Part shown: positions 17,639 to 26,858 of the stretch, piece after piece
Layout of the letters: each line of letters opens with the position of its first letter
Position numbering within the stretch: position 1 is the stretch's first letter
From: an uncultured Roseovarius sp.
Lineage (GTDB): Bacteria; Pseudomonadota; Alphaproteobacteria; Rhodobacterales; Rhodobacteraceae
Direction of reading: 5' to 3'
NCBI GenBank assembly: GCA_964010045.1
Contig: CAXGIB010000002.1
Location: forward strand, 81,917-145,916
DNA length: 64,000 bases
Position numbers and translations under genes: made by a program
The notes under the pieces: model-generated
What the model was told of the DNA's origin: nothing
Seen by the model: the letters and a program-made list of their open reading frames with translations, nothing else
The model's database searches: none

Positions 17639-18408
17639 GTCGGTCCTTTCAGTCGCTTGCGCGCCGTGACCGGCCCGCCGCCCTGCGCCGCGATGCGGGC
17701 GATGGCCGGGGCGAGGGGTTCCAGGACCACGGCCATGTGATGGGCGTTGGCATGGAGCAGCGTGCCGGGATCCGAGACCCAGGCCACATGGCCGCGCCAG
17801 AAGAGCAGATCGCCGCGCCGGAGCGGGGCGTCCTCGGGCAGGGCCTCGCCCAGGGCCGCCTCCTGCGGGCCGCTGTCGCCGGGGCAGGGGATCGCGCAGG
17901 CCAGGCAGCCCGCCTGCACGAGACCCGAACAATCGATCCCGAGCGCGGAGTTGCCACCCCAGAGATAGGGCGTGCCGATGAGGCGCTCGGCCACCGCGAC
18001 GGGATCGGTCTCGGGCGGATCGAGCGGGGCAAGATGGACAAGCGGCACGAAACCCTGCGGCGTCTGCGCGAAGCCGTTGGTCTCTCCGACCACCTCAAGC
18101 CGGGCGTTGAGGCTGAGAAAGGCACGCTCGCGCGTCTTCATGTCCGGCGCGGGGTAGAGATGGGTGGCGCGGGCGCGCACGCGGTGGCTCACGCGGCCCT
18201 GCGTCAGGGCGGCCTCGGGGAGGAAGCCCTCGTAGCCGTCGCGCAGTGCCGTGACCGCCACCCAGCCGGGAGATCCTCGGGCCGGGCCCGAGGATGACGG
18301 GGGCGCGACCTTCACCGCCTCGCCCAGGAGCAATTGCCGCTCGCGCGGCCCGTCGGGCGCGCGGCAGAGATCGGCGAGCGGCCAGGCGATGAGGCGCGGC
18401 GCGCTCAC
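17635..18408 (-). CDS. NlpC/P60 (C40) family peptidase with N-terminal SH3b-like region
   Basis: GTPYLWGGNSALGIDCSGLV (catalytic Cys), FWRGHVAW (His) and HAN. The GTG start overlaps the upstream stop (GTGA), and its own stop overlaps the next ATG. Confidence 0.85.
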   Translation of the reverse strand: MSAPRLIAWPLADLCRAPDGPRERQLLLGEAVKVAPPSSSGPARGSPGWVAVTALRDGYEGFLPEAALTQGRVSHRVRARATHLYPAPDMKTRERAFLSLNARLEVVGETNGFAQTPQGFVPLVHLAPLDPPETDPVAVAERLIGTPYLWGGNSALGIDCSGLVQAGCLACAIPCPGDSGPQEAALGEALPEDAPLRRGDLLFWRGHVAWVSDPGTLLHANAHHMAVVLEPLAPAIARIAAQGGGPVTARKRLKGPT

Positions 18409-19784
18409 AGCCCCAGCACCTCGGGCAGCGCCGCAAGCAGCGCCCGCGCCCCCATGCCCACGCCGCCCTTGGGGCGCGCGGGTGCGGCCGCAGGCTGCCA
18501 GGCGTAGATGTCGAAATGCGCATAGGGCAGGCCAGCGGTGAAGCGCCGCAGGAAGAGCGCGGCGGTGATCGAGCCTGCCATGCCGCCCGACGGCGCGTTG
18601 TCGAGATCGGCAATCCCCGGCTCGATCATCGTCTCGTAAGGCGCGTGGAAGGGCAGGCGCCAGACCGGATCGGCGACGCGGGCGGCGGCAGCCTCAACCG
18701 CCGCGGCAAGGCCCGTATCATCCGTGAAATAGGGGGCGAGATCGGGCCCGAGCGCCACGCGCGCGGCCCCGGTGAGGGTCGCCATGGACACCATCAGATC
18801 GGGCGCGCCCTCGGCCCCGAGCGCCAGGGCGTCGGCCAGAACCAGCCGCCCCTCGGCATCGGTATTGTTGATCTCGATGGTCAGCCCGTTGCGCGCGGTC
18901 AGGATGTCGCCGGGCCGGAACGCCCCCGCGCTTACGGCGTTCTCCACCGCCGGGATCAGCACGCGCAGCCGCAGCGGCAGATCGAGCGCCATGATCATCT
19001 GCGCCAGTCCCAGCACCGTCGCCGCGCCGCCCATGTCCTTCTTCATCAGCCCCATGCTGCTGGCGGGCTTGAGGTTGAGCCCGCCTGTGTCGAAGCAGAC
19101 GCCCTTGCCGACAAGGGTGAGCGCGGGACCGGTCTTGCCCCAGGCCATGTCGATGAGCCGGGGCGCTTCGGCTGCCGCGCGCCCGACCGCGTGGATGAGC
19201 GGGAGGTTTTGCGCCAGCAGGTCCTCGCCCGTGATGACCGCGAGCGAGGCACCATGCTCCTCTGCGAGCGCGCGGCAGGCCGCCTCGAGCGCGGCTGGCC
19301 CCATGTCACTGGCGGGCGTGTTCACGAGATCGCGGGTCAGGCACTCGCCCGCGGCGATGATCTCGAGCCGGGCGGCGTCGATCCCCTCGGGCGCGATGAG
19401 CCGCGCCCGAGCGGGGCTCTGCGCGCGGTAGCGGTCGAAGGCGTAGTGAGAGAGCAGCCAGCCGAGCGCCTCGGTCTCGCGCGCCTCGGCGGCAAGCCCC
19501 TCGAGCCGGTAGGTGCCTTCGGGAAGCGCGGCTGCGGCCCCGGCAAGGTGAAAGCGGCCGCGCGCGCGGCTCGTCTCGGTGCCATAGCCCGCGACGGCGC
19601 AGGCGATCCCGCCCGTCTCGTCCGGCACGAGCGCGACCTTGCCGAGCGTGGCGGTGAACCCGCTGGCGCGCAGCCAGCCGGCCACGCGGGGCGCGGCCGC
19701 GTCGAGCCAGCCCTCGAGCGCGCCCTCTTCCACGACATGCAGCGGGATGGCGGGCGCATCTGTTGCGGCGAATGTTGGGCGCAT
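18405..19784 (-). CDS. M17 leucyl aminopeptidase-family protein
   Basis: Internal ATG after GAAGGAG. M17 signature NNTDAEGRLVLADAL, plus VGKGVCFDTGG and KKDMGGAA. Confidence 0.88.
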   Translation of the reverse strand: MRPTFAATDAPAIPLHVVEEGALEGWLDAAAPRVAGWLRASGFTATLGKVALVPDETGGIACAVAGYGTETSRARGRFHLAGAAAALPEGTYRLEGLAAEARETEALGWLLSHYAFDRYRAQSPARARLIAPEGIDAARLEIIAAGECLTRDLVNTPASDMGPAALEAACRALAEEHGASLAVITGEDLLAQNLPLIHAVGRAAAEAPRLIDMAWGKTGPALTLVGKGVCFDTGGLNLKPASSMGLMKKDMGGAATVLGLAQMIMALDLPLRLRVLIPAVENAVSAGAFRPGDILTARNGLTIEINNTDAEGRLVLADALALGAEGAPDLMVSMATLTGAARVALGPDLAPYFTDDTGLAAAVEAAAARVADPVWRLPFHAPYETMIEPGIADLDNAPSGGMAGSITAALFLRRFTAGLPYAHFDIYAWQPAAAPARPKGGVGMGARALLAALPEVLGL

Positions 19785-19841
19785 GGCGTGACTCCTTCGG
19801 ACCAGGGGCGAGCCTAGCGGAGAACGCGCCGTCTGCAAGGC

Positions 19842-20222
19842 TCAGAACGGGCTGTCGGCCATGTCCCATATTTCTGAAAGCGAGCCTTCGGCGATGCGGA
19901 CAAGCCGGGCGAAGGTGGCCCCAAGGGCCGTGGCGTCGCCCGCGTCGATGCAGGCCGTGACATCGCCCGCGACACGCGCCAGAAGCGCCATGCCCACCTG
20001 GTCGGCCATGGCGATCAGGCTGCGGCAATCCTTGCGCATCCCGGCGAAGTGGCCCGCGCGATAGTCACGCTCGGCCCTCGCAAGCCGCGTGGCGATCTCT
20101 TCGAGCGCGCGGCAGACCACATCCTCGGCCGCCGCCGCGCCGAGTTGGCGGTATAGCGTTTCCAGCCGGGCGGTATCGAGCTGCACCCGTTCCCGCTGTC
20201 GCAGCGGCGTCACCTGATCCAA
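19842..20222 (-). CDS. Hypothetical protein (all-helical; weak Hpt-like resemblance)
   Basis: 126 aa with good GC3. The segment AGHFAGMRKDCRSLIAMADQVGM loosely resembles the H-x-x-K-G helix of Hpt domains. No confident family. Confidence 0.5.
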   Translation of the reverse strand: MDQVTPLRQRERVQLDTARLETLYRQLGAAAAEDVVCRALEEIATRLARAERDYRAGHFAGMRKDCRSLIAMADQVGMALLARVAGDVTACIDAGDATALGATFARLVRIAEGSLSEIWDMADSPF

Positions 20223-20374
20223 GGTCGTGTCCGTCCGTTCCTCCGCACCCCCACGGCACCGGCCATGATGCCCGGCGCAGGGTTCCCGAATCGTTGCCGC
20301 GCGGAGAAATTATCTCTCGAATTTCACGAAAATAGGGACTAAGTCTCGCTTCGCCCCGCCCGATGGAGACGCGA

Positions 20375-21025
20375 ATGGAACATGCCCGGCCCCTGCCCAC
20401 CTATCTGGTGCAGCGTTACCACGGCTGGAAAGCGACCGGCTATGCCGAGAACGAGGCCTGGTATCGCCACCTTGCCGAGCAGGGGCAGCACCCGCGCGCC
20501 ATGGTGATTTCCTGCTGTGACAGCCGCGTGCATGTCACCTCGATCTTCGGGGCCGATCAGGGAGAGTTCTTCATTCATCGCAACATCGCCAATCTCGTCC
20601 CGCCCTATGTGACCGATGGCGGCCAGCACGGCACCTCGGCGGCCGTGGAGTTCGCCGTGACGGCGCTTCGGGTCGCGCATGTGATCGTCATCGGCCATTC
20701 CGCCTGCGGCGGCGCGCAAGGCTGCCAGAAGATGTGCGCGGGCGAGGCCCCGGAGCTTGAGGAAGACACGAGCTTTGTCGGCCGCTGGCTCGAGATCCTG
20801 CGCCCCGGCTACGAGCGCGTGCGCAGCATCGGTGACGAGAGCGCGCAGCTTCGGGCGCTGGAGAAACAGACCGTGGTCGTCTCGCTCGAGAACCTGATGA
20901 GCTTTCCCTTCGTGGCCGAGCGGGTTCGCGGCGGGATGCTGTCGCTGCACGGGCTCTGGCACGATATCGGCACCGGTGCTCTCGAACAGTATGACGCCGC
21001 GACGGATGCCTTCGTGCCGATCTGA
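20375..21025 (+). CDS. Beta-class carbonic anhydrase
   Basis: Zn-ligand motifs SCCDSR and IGHSACGG. ATG at 20375 has GGAGA 5 nt upstream, and there is an alternative ATG at 20363. Confidence 0.9.
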   Translation: MEHARPLPTYLVQRYHGWKATGYAENEAWYRHLAEQGQHPRAMVISCCDSRVHVTSIFGADQGEFFIHRNIANLVPPYVTDGGQHGTSAAVEFAVTALRVAHVIVIGHSACGGAQGCQKMCAGEAPELEEDTSFVGRWLEILRPGYERVRSIGDESAQLRALEKQTVVVSLENLMSFPFVAERVRGGMLSLHGLWHDIGTGALEQYDAATDAFVPI

Positions 21026-21042
21026 GAACGCAGGCCGCAGAT

Positions 21043-21073
21043 GCCCGCGCGCCGGTGACGCGCGGGCTTTCTT
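21043..21073 (+). terminator. Rho-independent terminator after the carbonic anhydrase gene
   Basis: GCCCGCGCG-ccggtga-CGCGCGGGC followed by TTTCTT. Confidence 0.6.
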
Positions 21074-21079
21074 GCGGTG

Positions 21080-23275
21080 TTACGCCGCCTCGGGCTGACC
21101 GGCGAAGCGGGCATAGAAGCCCTGCCCCTTCCCGGCCATCTCGCGCAGGAGCGAGGGCGTGGTGAAGCGGGGGCCGAATTTCTCGGTCAGCTGATCGCAA
21201 CGCTCGGCGGCATAGGGTGTACCGATGATGTCGAGCCAGGAGAACGGCCCGCCCGACCAGGGCGCGAAGCCCCAGGCAAGGATCGCGCCCACGTCGCCCT
21301 CTCGGATATCCTCGAGCACGCCTTCCTCCAGCGCGCGCACGGCCTCGAGCACCTGCGCGAACATCAGGCGATGCTGCACGAGGGTCAGGTCCGGCTGCTC
21401 CTCGGCGCGGGGGTATTTCTCGGCCAGGCCCTTCCAGTAGCCCTGCCGCTTGCCCTTCTCGTCATACTCGAAGAACCCGGCATTGGCCTTGCGGCCAAGC
21501 CGCCCCAGCCCTTCCATCCAGAAGATCACCTCGTCAACGGCCTCATCCGGGTAATCGTCTCCCATGGCCGCCCTGGTCGCGCGGGCGATCCTGGCACCGA
21601 GATCGATAGAGGTCTCGTCGACCAGTTGCAGCGGCCCCACCGGGAACCCGAGTTGCCGCGCGGCATTGTCGATGAGCGCGGGGGCCACGCCCTCGGCCAC
21701 CATGCGGATGCCTTCGTTGATATAGGGGATGATGCAGCGGTTGCAGTAGAAGAAGCGCGCGTCGTTGACCACGATGGGTGTCTTGCGGATCTGCCGGACG
21801 TAATCGAGCGCCTTGGCCACGGCGCGCGGCCCGGTCTTCTCGCCCTTGATGATCTCCACCAGCAGCATTTTCTCGACGGGCGAGAAGAAATGGATGCCGA
21901 TGAAATCCTCCGGCCGGTCGCTCGCCTGTGCCAGGTCGGTGATCGGCAGGGTCGAGGTATTGGTGGCGAAGATGCAGTCCTCGCCCACCTCGGCCAGCGC
22001 CTGTTTCGTCACTTCCGCCTTGATGGCCGGATCCTCGAACACCGCCTCGATGATCAGGTCGCAGCCCTTGAGCGCGGCGTAATCCGTGGTTGCGGTGATG
22101 CGGCCCAGAACCTCGGCCTTCTTCGCCTCGGTCGCCTTGCCGCGCTTTATCCCGGCGTCCATGAAATCGGCGGTATGGGCCTTGCCGCGGTCCGCCGCCT
22201 CCTGTTTCTGGTCGATGAGGACAACCTCGATCCCCGCCTGCGCCGAGACGAGCGCGATGCCCGCCCCCATCATCCCCGCGCCCAGAACGCCCAGCTTCCT
22301 CACCCGCTGATCGGGGGCTTCGGGGCGGTTCGCGCCCTTCTCCAGCGCCTCCTTGTTGATGAAGAGCGAGCGGATCATCGCCGAGGAGGAGGGGTTCATC
22401 AGCACGTTGGTGAACCAGCGCGCCTCGATTTTCAGGGCCGTGTCGAAGGGCACGAGCGCGCCCTCGTAAACCGCCGAGAGAAGCGCCTTGGGCGCCGGGA
22501 AGGCACCTTGCGTCTTGCCGTTGACCATGGCCGAGGCACCGACGAAGGTCATGAATCCCGCCGGGTGATAGGGCGCACCGCCGGGCATCTTGTAGCCCTT
22601 CTCGTCCCAGGGCTTGACGATGGCGGGATTCGACAGGACCCATTCCTTCGCCCGTGCGATCAGCTCGTCGGCGGGCACCACCTCGTCCACCACCCCGGCG
22701 GATTTGGCCTTTTTCGGGTCATTCAGCTTGCCCTCGAGCAGCAGCGGCGAGGCCGCCATCGCCCCGAGCTTGCGCACAAGCCGCGTGGTGCCGCCCGCGC
22801 CGGGGAAGATGCCGACCATGATCTCGGGCAGGCCGATCTTGGCCTTCGGGTTGTCGGCGGCGAAGATGCGGTGGCAGGCCAGTGGAATCTCCAGCCCGAT
22901 GCCGAGCGCGGTGCCGGGCAATGCTGCGGCAATCGGCTTGCCGCCCTTGTTCTTGTCGTCCATGCCCGCGCGCTCGATCTTGCGCAGGATGCGGTGCATG
23001 TTCATCAGCCCGTCGAAAAGCCCCCTGGCCGGGTTGTCGCCCGCCATCTCCTTCATCCGGGCGATGACGTTGAGATCCATGCCCCCGGCAAAGGAGCCCT
23101 CCTTGCCGGAGGTGATCACGATGCCCTTCACGGCGTCATCGGCCAGCGCCTCGTCGATGAGGCTGTCGAGCAGCGGCCAGGCCTCCATCGACATGACGTT
23201 CATGGATTTTCCGGGCACGTCCCAGGTGATGATGGCGACGCCGTCGGCGTCCGTCCTCATGGTGAAATCGGTCAT
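21080..23275 (-). CDS. Multifunctional fatty-acid oxidation protein (enoyl-CoA hydratase / 3-hydroxyacyl-CoA dehydrogenase, FadB/FadJ-like)
   Basis: About 731 aa. N-terminal crotonase fold, then NAD-binding LGVLGAGMMGAGIA and a HCDH C-terminal domain. ATG at 23275, with an upstream TTG at 23284 also possible. Confidence 0.93.
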   Translation of the reverse strand: MTDFTMRTDADGVAIITWDVPGKSMNVMSMEAWPLLDSLIDEALADDAVKGIVITSGKEGSFAGGMDLNVIARMKEMAGDNPARGLFDGLMNMHRILRKIERAGMDDKNKGGKPIAAALPGTALGIGLEIPLACHRIFAADNPKAKIGLPEIMVGIFPGAGGTTRLVRKLGAMAASPLLLEGKLNDPKKAKSAGVVDEVVPADELIARAKEWVLSNPAIVKPWDEKGYKMPGGAPYHPAGFMTFVGASAMVNGKTQGAFPAPKALLSAVYEGALVPFDTALKIEARWFTNVLMNPSSSAMIRSLFINKEALEKGANRPEAPDQRVRKLGVLGAGMMGAGIALVSAQAGIEVVLIDQKQEAADRGKAHTADFMDAGIKRGKATEAKKAEVLGRITATTDYAALKGCDLIIEAVFEDPAIKAEVTKQALAEVGEDCIFATNTSTLPITDLAQASDRPEDFIGIHFFSPVEKMLLVEIIKGEKTGPRAVAKALDYVRQIRKTPIVVNDARFFYCNRCIIPYINEGIRMVAEGVAPALIDNAARQLGFPVGPLQLVDETSIDLGARIARATRAAMGDDYPDEAVDEVIFWMEGLGRLGRKANAGFFEYDEKGKRQGYWKGLAEKYPRAEEQPDLTLVQHRLMFAQVLEAVRALEEGVLEDIREGDVGAILAWGFAPWSGGPFSWLDIIGTPYAAERCDQLTEKFGPRFTTPSLLREMAGKGQGFYARFAGQPEAA

Positions 23276-23290
23276 TGTCCTCAACTCCCC

Positions 23291-24502
23291 TTACACGCGC
23301 TCGATGATGGTGGCGGCGCCCATGCCCGACGCGATGCACAGCGTGGCAAGCCCCGTGCCCTTGCCGGTGCGCTCCAGCTCATCCAGAAGCGTGCCGATGA
23401 TCATCGCCCCGGTCGCGCCCAGCGGATGACCCATGGCGATGGAACCGCCATTGACGTTCACGACACCGGGATCGACATCGAAGGCCTGCATGAAGCGCAG
23501 CACGACGCTGGCAAAGGCCTCGTTCACCTCGAAGAGGTCGATATCCGAAATCGCCATGCCGCTGTCGGCCAGCGCCTTCTCGGTCGCGGGCACCGGGCCG
23601 GTCAGCATGATCGTCGGATCGGTGCCGATCTTGGTGGTCTGCACGATGCGCGCGCGCGGCGTGAGGCCCCATTTCTCGCCAAAGGACTTCGAGCCCACGA
23701 GCACCCCCGCCGAGCCATCGACGATACCGCTGGAATTGCCCGCGTGATGGATATGCTCGATCCGCTCCAGATGCGGATACTTGAGCTTGGCCACGGCGTC
23801 GAAGCCGGGCATCACCTCGCCCATGTCCTTGAAACTGGGCTTCAAGGCCCCGAGCGCCTGCATGTCGGTGCCGGGGCGCATGTATTCGTCACGGTCGAGG
23901 ATGGTCAGACCGTTCTGGTCGCGCACCTCGATGATCGAGCGCGCGAACCGGTTGTCATCCCAGGCGGCCTTGGCGCGGCGCTGCGATTCCACGGCCAGCG
24001 CATCGGCCTCGTCGCGGGAGAACCCGTATTCGGTGGCGATGATGTCCGCCGAAATCCCCTGCGGCACGAAATAGGTCTCCATGGCGATCGAGGGATCGAC
24101 GGCGATCGCCGCCCCGTCCGAGCCCATGGGCACGCGGCCCATCATCTCGACGCCACCCGCGATATAGCCCTCGCCCGCGCCCGCGCGCACCTGGTTGGCG
24201 GCCAGGTTCACCGCCTCGAGCCCCGAGGCGCAGAACCGGTTGATGGCAAGGCCGGGGATCGATTCGTCAAGCTCCGAGGCCAGAACGGCGGTCCGCGCCA
24301 GGCAGCCGCCCTGCTCGCCCACCTGCGTGACATTGCCCCAGATCACATCCTCGACGGCATGGCCCTCGAGCCCGTTGCGCGCCTTCAGCGCATTGAGCAC
24401 CTGCGCCGACAGGCGCACGGCGGTCACCTCGTGCAGGCTGCCATCCTTGCGGCCCTTTCCACGCGGCGTGCGCACGGCATCGTAGATATAGGCGTCGGTC
24501 AT
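23291..24502 (-). CDS. Acetyl-CoA C-acyltransferase (3-ketoacyl-CoA thiolase)
   Basis: 403 aa. Active-site blocks NRFCASGLEA, NVNGGSIAMGHPLGATG and CIASGMG. Confidence 0.95.
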   Translation of the reverse strand: MTDAYIYDAVRTPRGKGRKDGSLHEVTAVRLSAQVLNALKARNGLEGHAVEDVIWGNVTQVGEQGGCLARTAVLASELDESIPGLAINRFCASGLEAVNLAANQVRAGAGEGYIAGGVEMMGRVPMGSDGAAIAVDPSIAMETYFVPQGISADIIATEYGFSRDEADALAVESQRRAKAAWDDNRFARSIIEVRDQNGLTILDRDEYMRPGTDMQALGALKPSFKDMGEVMPGFDAVAKLKYPHLERIEHIHHAGNSSGIVDGSAGVLVGSKSFGEKWGLTPRARIVQTTKIGTDPTIMLTGPVPATEKALADSGMAISDIDLFEVNEAFASVVLRFMQAFDVDPGVVNVNGGSIAMGHPLGATGAMIIGTLLDELERTGKGTGLATLCIASGMGAATIIERV

Positions 24503-24516
24503 CTTGGTCTCCTTTG

Positions 24517-25152
24517 TCAGGCGCGGTCGGCAGGGCTGCCGGGCATCAGGTCATAGGGGTGTTTCCAGCCGGGGGTGGTCTCGATGTTCGAAAGCCACCG
24601 GTCGATATTGGGCCAGTCCTTTCGGTCAAAGCCGAATGGTTCGGGATAGAAGAGATAGCCGCAGCAGCTCAGATCGGCATTGGTGATCCCGCGGCCCACG
24701 ATCCAGTCGCGCCCCTCAAGATGGGTGTCGAGCGCGGCATAGGTGCCCTTGAGCCGCCCCTGCATGAAGGCGATGACCTCCGCCGGGCGCTTCTCCTCGG
24801 GCAGGAAGTTCATCAGGAACCGCGTCATTCCCGCCTGGCCGCTCAACTTGTGATTGTCCCAGAGCATCCAGCGCAGCACCTCGCGGCGTTCCTCCGGCGT
24901 CTCGCCGCCGAACCTGCCCGTCTTCTCGGTGATATGGGTCTGCATCACGCCCGATTGCGTCAGGGTAATGTCCCCGTCCACCATCACCGGCACCTCGCCC
25001 ATCACGTTGAGCGCGCGAAATGCCGGCTGCCGCGTCTCGCCGCCGAAGAAATCGACAAAGACGGGCTCCCAGTCGAGGCCGGAAAGCTCGAGCGCCAGCG
25101 CCGCCTTGTAGGCATTGCCGCTCTCGCCGAAGCAGTGGAGCTTGATGGTCAT
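24517..25152 (-). CDS. Glutathione S-transferase
   Basis: Internal ATG after GGGAGAG. Segments KLHCFGESGNAYKAALAL...NVMGEVPVMVDGD..LTQSGVM form a GST N-terminal thioredoxin-like fold. Confidence 0.88.
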   Translation of the reverse strand: MTIKLHCFGESGNAYKAALALELSGLDWEPVFVDFFGGETRQPAFRALNVMGEVPVMVDGDITLTQSGVMQTHITEKTGRFGGETPEERREVLRWMLWDNHKLSGQAGMTRFLMNFLPEEKRPAEVIAFMQGRLKGTYAALDTHLEGRDWIVGRGITNADLSCCGYLFYPEPFGFDRKDWPNIDRWLSNIETTPGWKHPYDLMPGSPADRA

Positions 25153-25181
25153 GCGGTTCTCTCCCTTGTTGGCGGCGGAGT

Positions 25182-25430
25182 GGGGGTTTTGCACCCCCAC
25201 ACCCCCGCAGAGTATTTCTCGAACGATGAAAGCGGCGCGGCTTCACGGCCTGTTAACCGTCCTTGCGCCATGATCGGGTCGCGCCACAGGCTGGAGAGCC
25301 GATGAGCGTGAACGGTGAAGCCCTGCCTCGTCCCGGATGCCGATGGGCCAGCGGTCGGGGCAGGGTGGCGCGCGCGCCCTTCATCGTTCGAGAAATACTC
25401 CACGGGGGTCCGGGGGTGTGAAACCCCCGG
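25182..25430. repeat. Nested inverted-repeat (MITE/REP-like) element in the ACAD-GST intergenic space
   Basis: Two inverted, roughly 50-nt near-identical arms. They include a perfect 21-mer GAGTATTTCTCGAACGATGAA at 25210-25230 and its reverse complement at 25380-25400. Each arm carries its own GGGGG..CCCCC hairpin. An inner 8-bp inverted repeat GGCTTCAC/GTGAAGCC sits at 25239-25246 and 25315-25322. Confidence 0.75.
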
Positions 25431-25462
25431 TTCCGGCCGTGCCACCTGCGCCGCGCCGGCCA

Positions 25463-26596
25463 TCACAGCCCCCTCGCGATCAGTTCCTTCATGATCTCGT
25501 TGGTGCCGCCATAGATACGCTGCACGCGGGCATCGGCCCACATCTCGGCGATGTCATATTCCTGCATGTAGCCGTAGCCGCCATGCAGTTGCAGGCACTC
25601 GTCCAGCACCTCGCCCTGCGCGTCCGTCAGCCAGTATTTCGCCATCGCGGCCTTTTCCACGCTCAGCGCGCCGCGCAGGTGCTCGGTAATGCATTCATCG
25701 AGAAAGGCGCGCGCCACGGCGGTTTTCGTCTTGCACTCGGCCAGCTTGAAGCGGGTGTTCTGGAAGTGCAGGATCGGGTTGCCGAAGGCCTGGCGCTCCT
25801 TGCAATAGCGAACCGTGCGCTCGACCGCGCCCTCCATCGCGCCCTGTGCGCCGCAGGCGATGATCAGCCGTTCCTGCGGCAGTTGCTCCATCATCTGATA
25901 GAAGCCGCGCCCCTCCTCGCCGCCCAGGATGTTCTCTGGCGGGATCTCCACATTGTCGAAGAAGAGCTCCGATGTATCGCCCGCATGCAGCCCGACCTTT
26001 TCAAGGTTGCGCCCGCGCGTGAAGCCCTGCGCGCCCTCGGTCTCGACCACCACGAGCGAGATGCCCTTCGCGCCTTCCCTGGGGTCGGTCTTGGCGGCCA
26101 CGATGATCAGGTCGGCGTGCTGCCCGTTGGTGATGAACGTCTTCTGCCCCGAAAGCCTGTAGGCGTTGCCGTCGCGCAGCGCGCGGGTCTTGATGCCCTG
26201 CACATCGGATCCTGTTGCGGGTTCGGTCATGGCAAGCGCGCCCACCATCTCGCCCGAGACCATCTTCGGCAGCCAGGTCTGCTTCTGCTCTTCGCTGCCA
26301 TAGGCGAGGATGTAATGCGCGACGATGCCGGAATGGATCGGATTGCCCCAGCTGGCGATATTGGCGCGGCTCTGCTCGATGCAGATCACCGCCTCATGCC
26401 CGAAATCGCCGCCCGCCCCGCCATATTCCTCGGGGATGGAGGGGCAGAGAAGGCCGAGCTCGCCCGCCTGCTGCCAGCACTCGCGGTCCATGATCCCGGC
26501 CTTGCGCCAGCGCTCGTAGTGGGGGCGCCACTCGTCGTTGATGAATTTCGCCGTCATCTCGCCGAGCATCCTGTGCTCGTCCGTCATCCATGTCAT
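25463..26596 (-). CDS. Acyl-CoA dehydrogenase
   Basis: 377 aa from the ATG after GGGAGG. Segments [16 protein letters not shown] and [18 protein letters not shown] are classic ACAD blocks. Confidence 0.93.
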   Translation of the reverse strand: MTWMTDEHRMLGEMTAKFINDEWRPHYERWRKAGIMDRECWQQAGELGLLCPSIPEEYGGAGGDFGHEAVICIEQSRANIASWGNPIHSGIVAHYILAYGSEEQKQTWLPKMVSGEMVGALAMTEPATGSDVQGIKTRALRDGNAYRLSGQKTFITNGQHADLIIVAAKTDPREGAKGISLVVVETEGAQGFTRGRNLEKVGLHAGDTSELFFDNVEIPPENILGGEEGRGFYQMMEQLPQERLIIACGAQGAMEGAVERTVRYCKERQAFGNPILHFQNTRFKLAECKTKTAVARAFLDECITEHLRGALSVEKAAMAKYWLTDAQGEVLDECLQLHGGYGYMQEYDIAEMWADARVQRIYGGTNEIMKELIARGL

Positions 26597-26621
26597 TGCC
26601 GGGCCTCCCGTCCCTGAATGG

Positions 26622-26834
26622 TCAGCGTTTGCGCGCCTCAAGCTCCGAATTGAAGAGCCGCAGCCGGTGCGCGAACGTGTCCTCGTCGATCACGCTGTCG
26701 AAATTCTCGAAGAGAAAGGACAGCGCCTCTCCCTCGTCGAGCCCCGCCTCCTGCGCGAAGCGGCGCAGGCGGCGGTAGCCATCCTCGGTCATCGCCGCGG
26801 TGAAGCGGCGCGTCAGGCGAAAGCGTTTCGGCAT
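26622..26834 (-). CDS. Hypothetical small protein (possible ribbon-helix-helix-like)
   Basis: 70 aa with ATG after GGGAGAAGGGA and high GC3. It sits between two ACAD genes on the same strand with gaps of 24 and 25 nt. No family recognised. Confidence 0.55.
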   Translation of the reverse strand: MPKRFRLTRRFTAAMTEDGYRRLRRFAQEAGLDEGEALSFLFENFDSVIDEDTFAHRLRLFNSELEARKR

Positions 26835-26858
26835 CTGTCCCTTCTCCCGACCGTTCGT

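Noticed and set aside
20282-20296. GTTC-N7-GTTG, a one-mismatch LexA-like box between the hypothetical gene (19842..20222) and the carbonic anhydrase gene.
   Set aside because: It has a single mismatch in the conserved tetranucleotide, and no SOS-type gene lies nearby. Such 8-of-8-minus-1 matches are expected by chance in 64 kb. It is not comparable to the AT-rich-spaced boxes at dnaE2 and imuB.
21077-24556. A 1159-aa plus-strand ORF spanning the FadB and thiolase genes.
   Set aside because: It is an antisense shadow of two clearly recognisable minus-strand genes. Its composition is dominated by R/A/G/H/L/D with no motifs.
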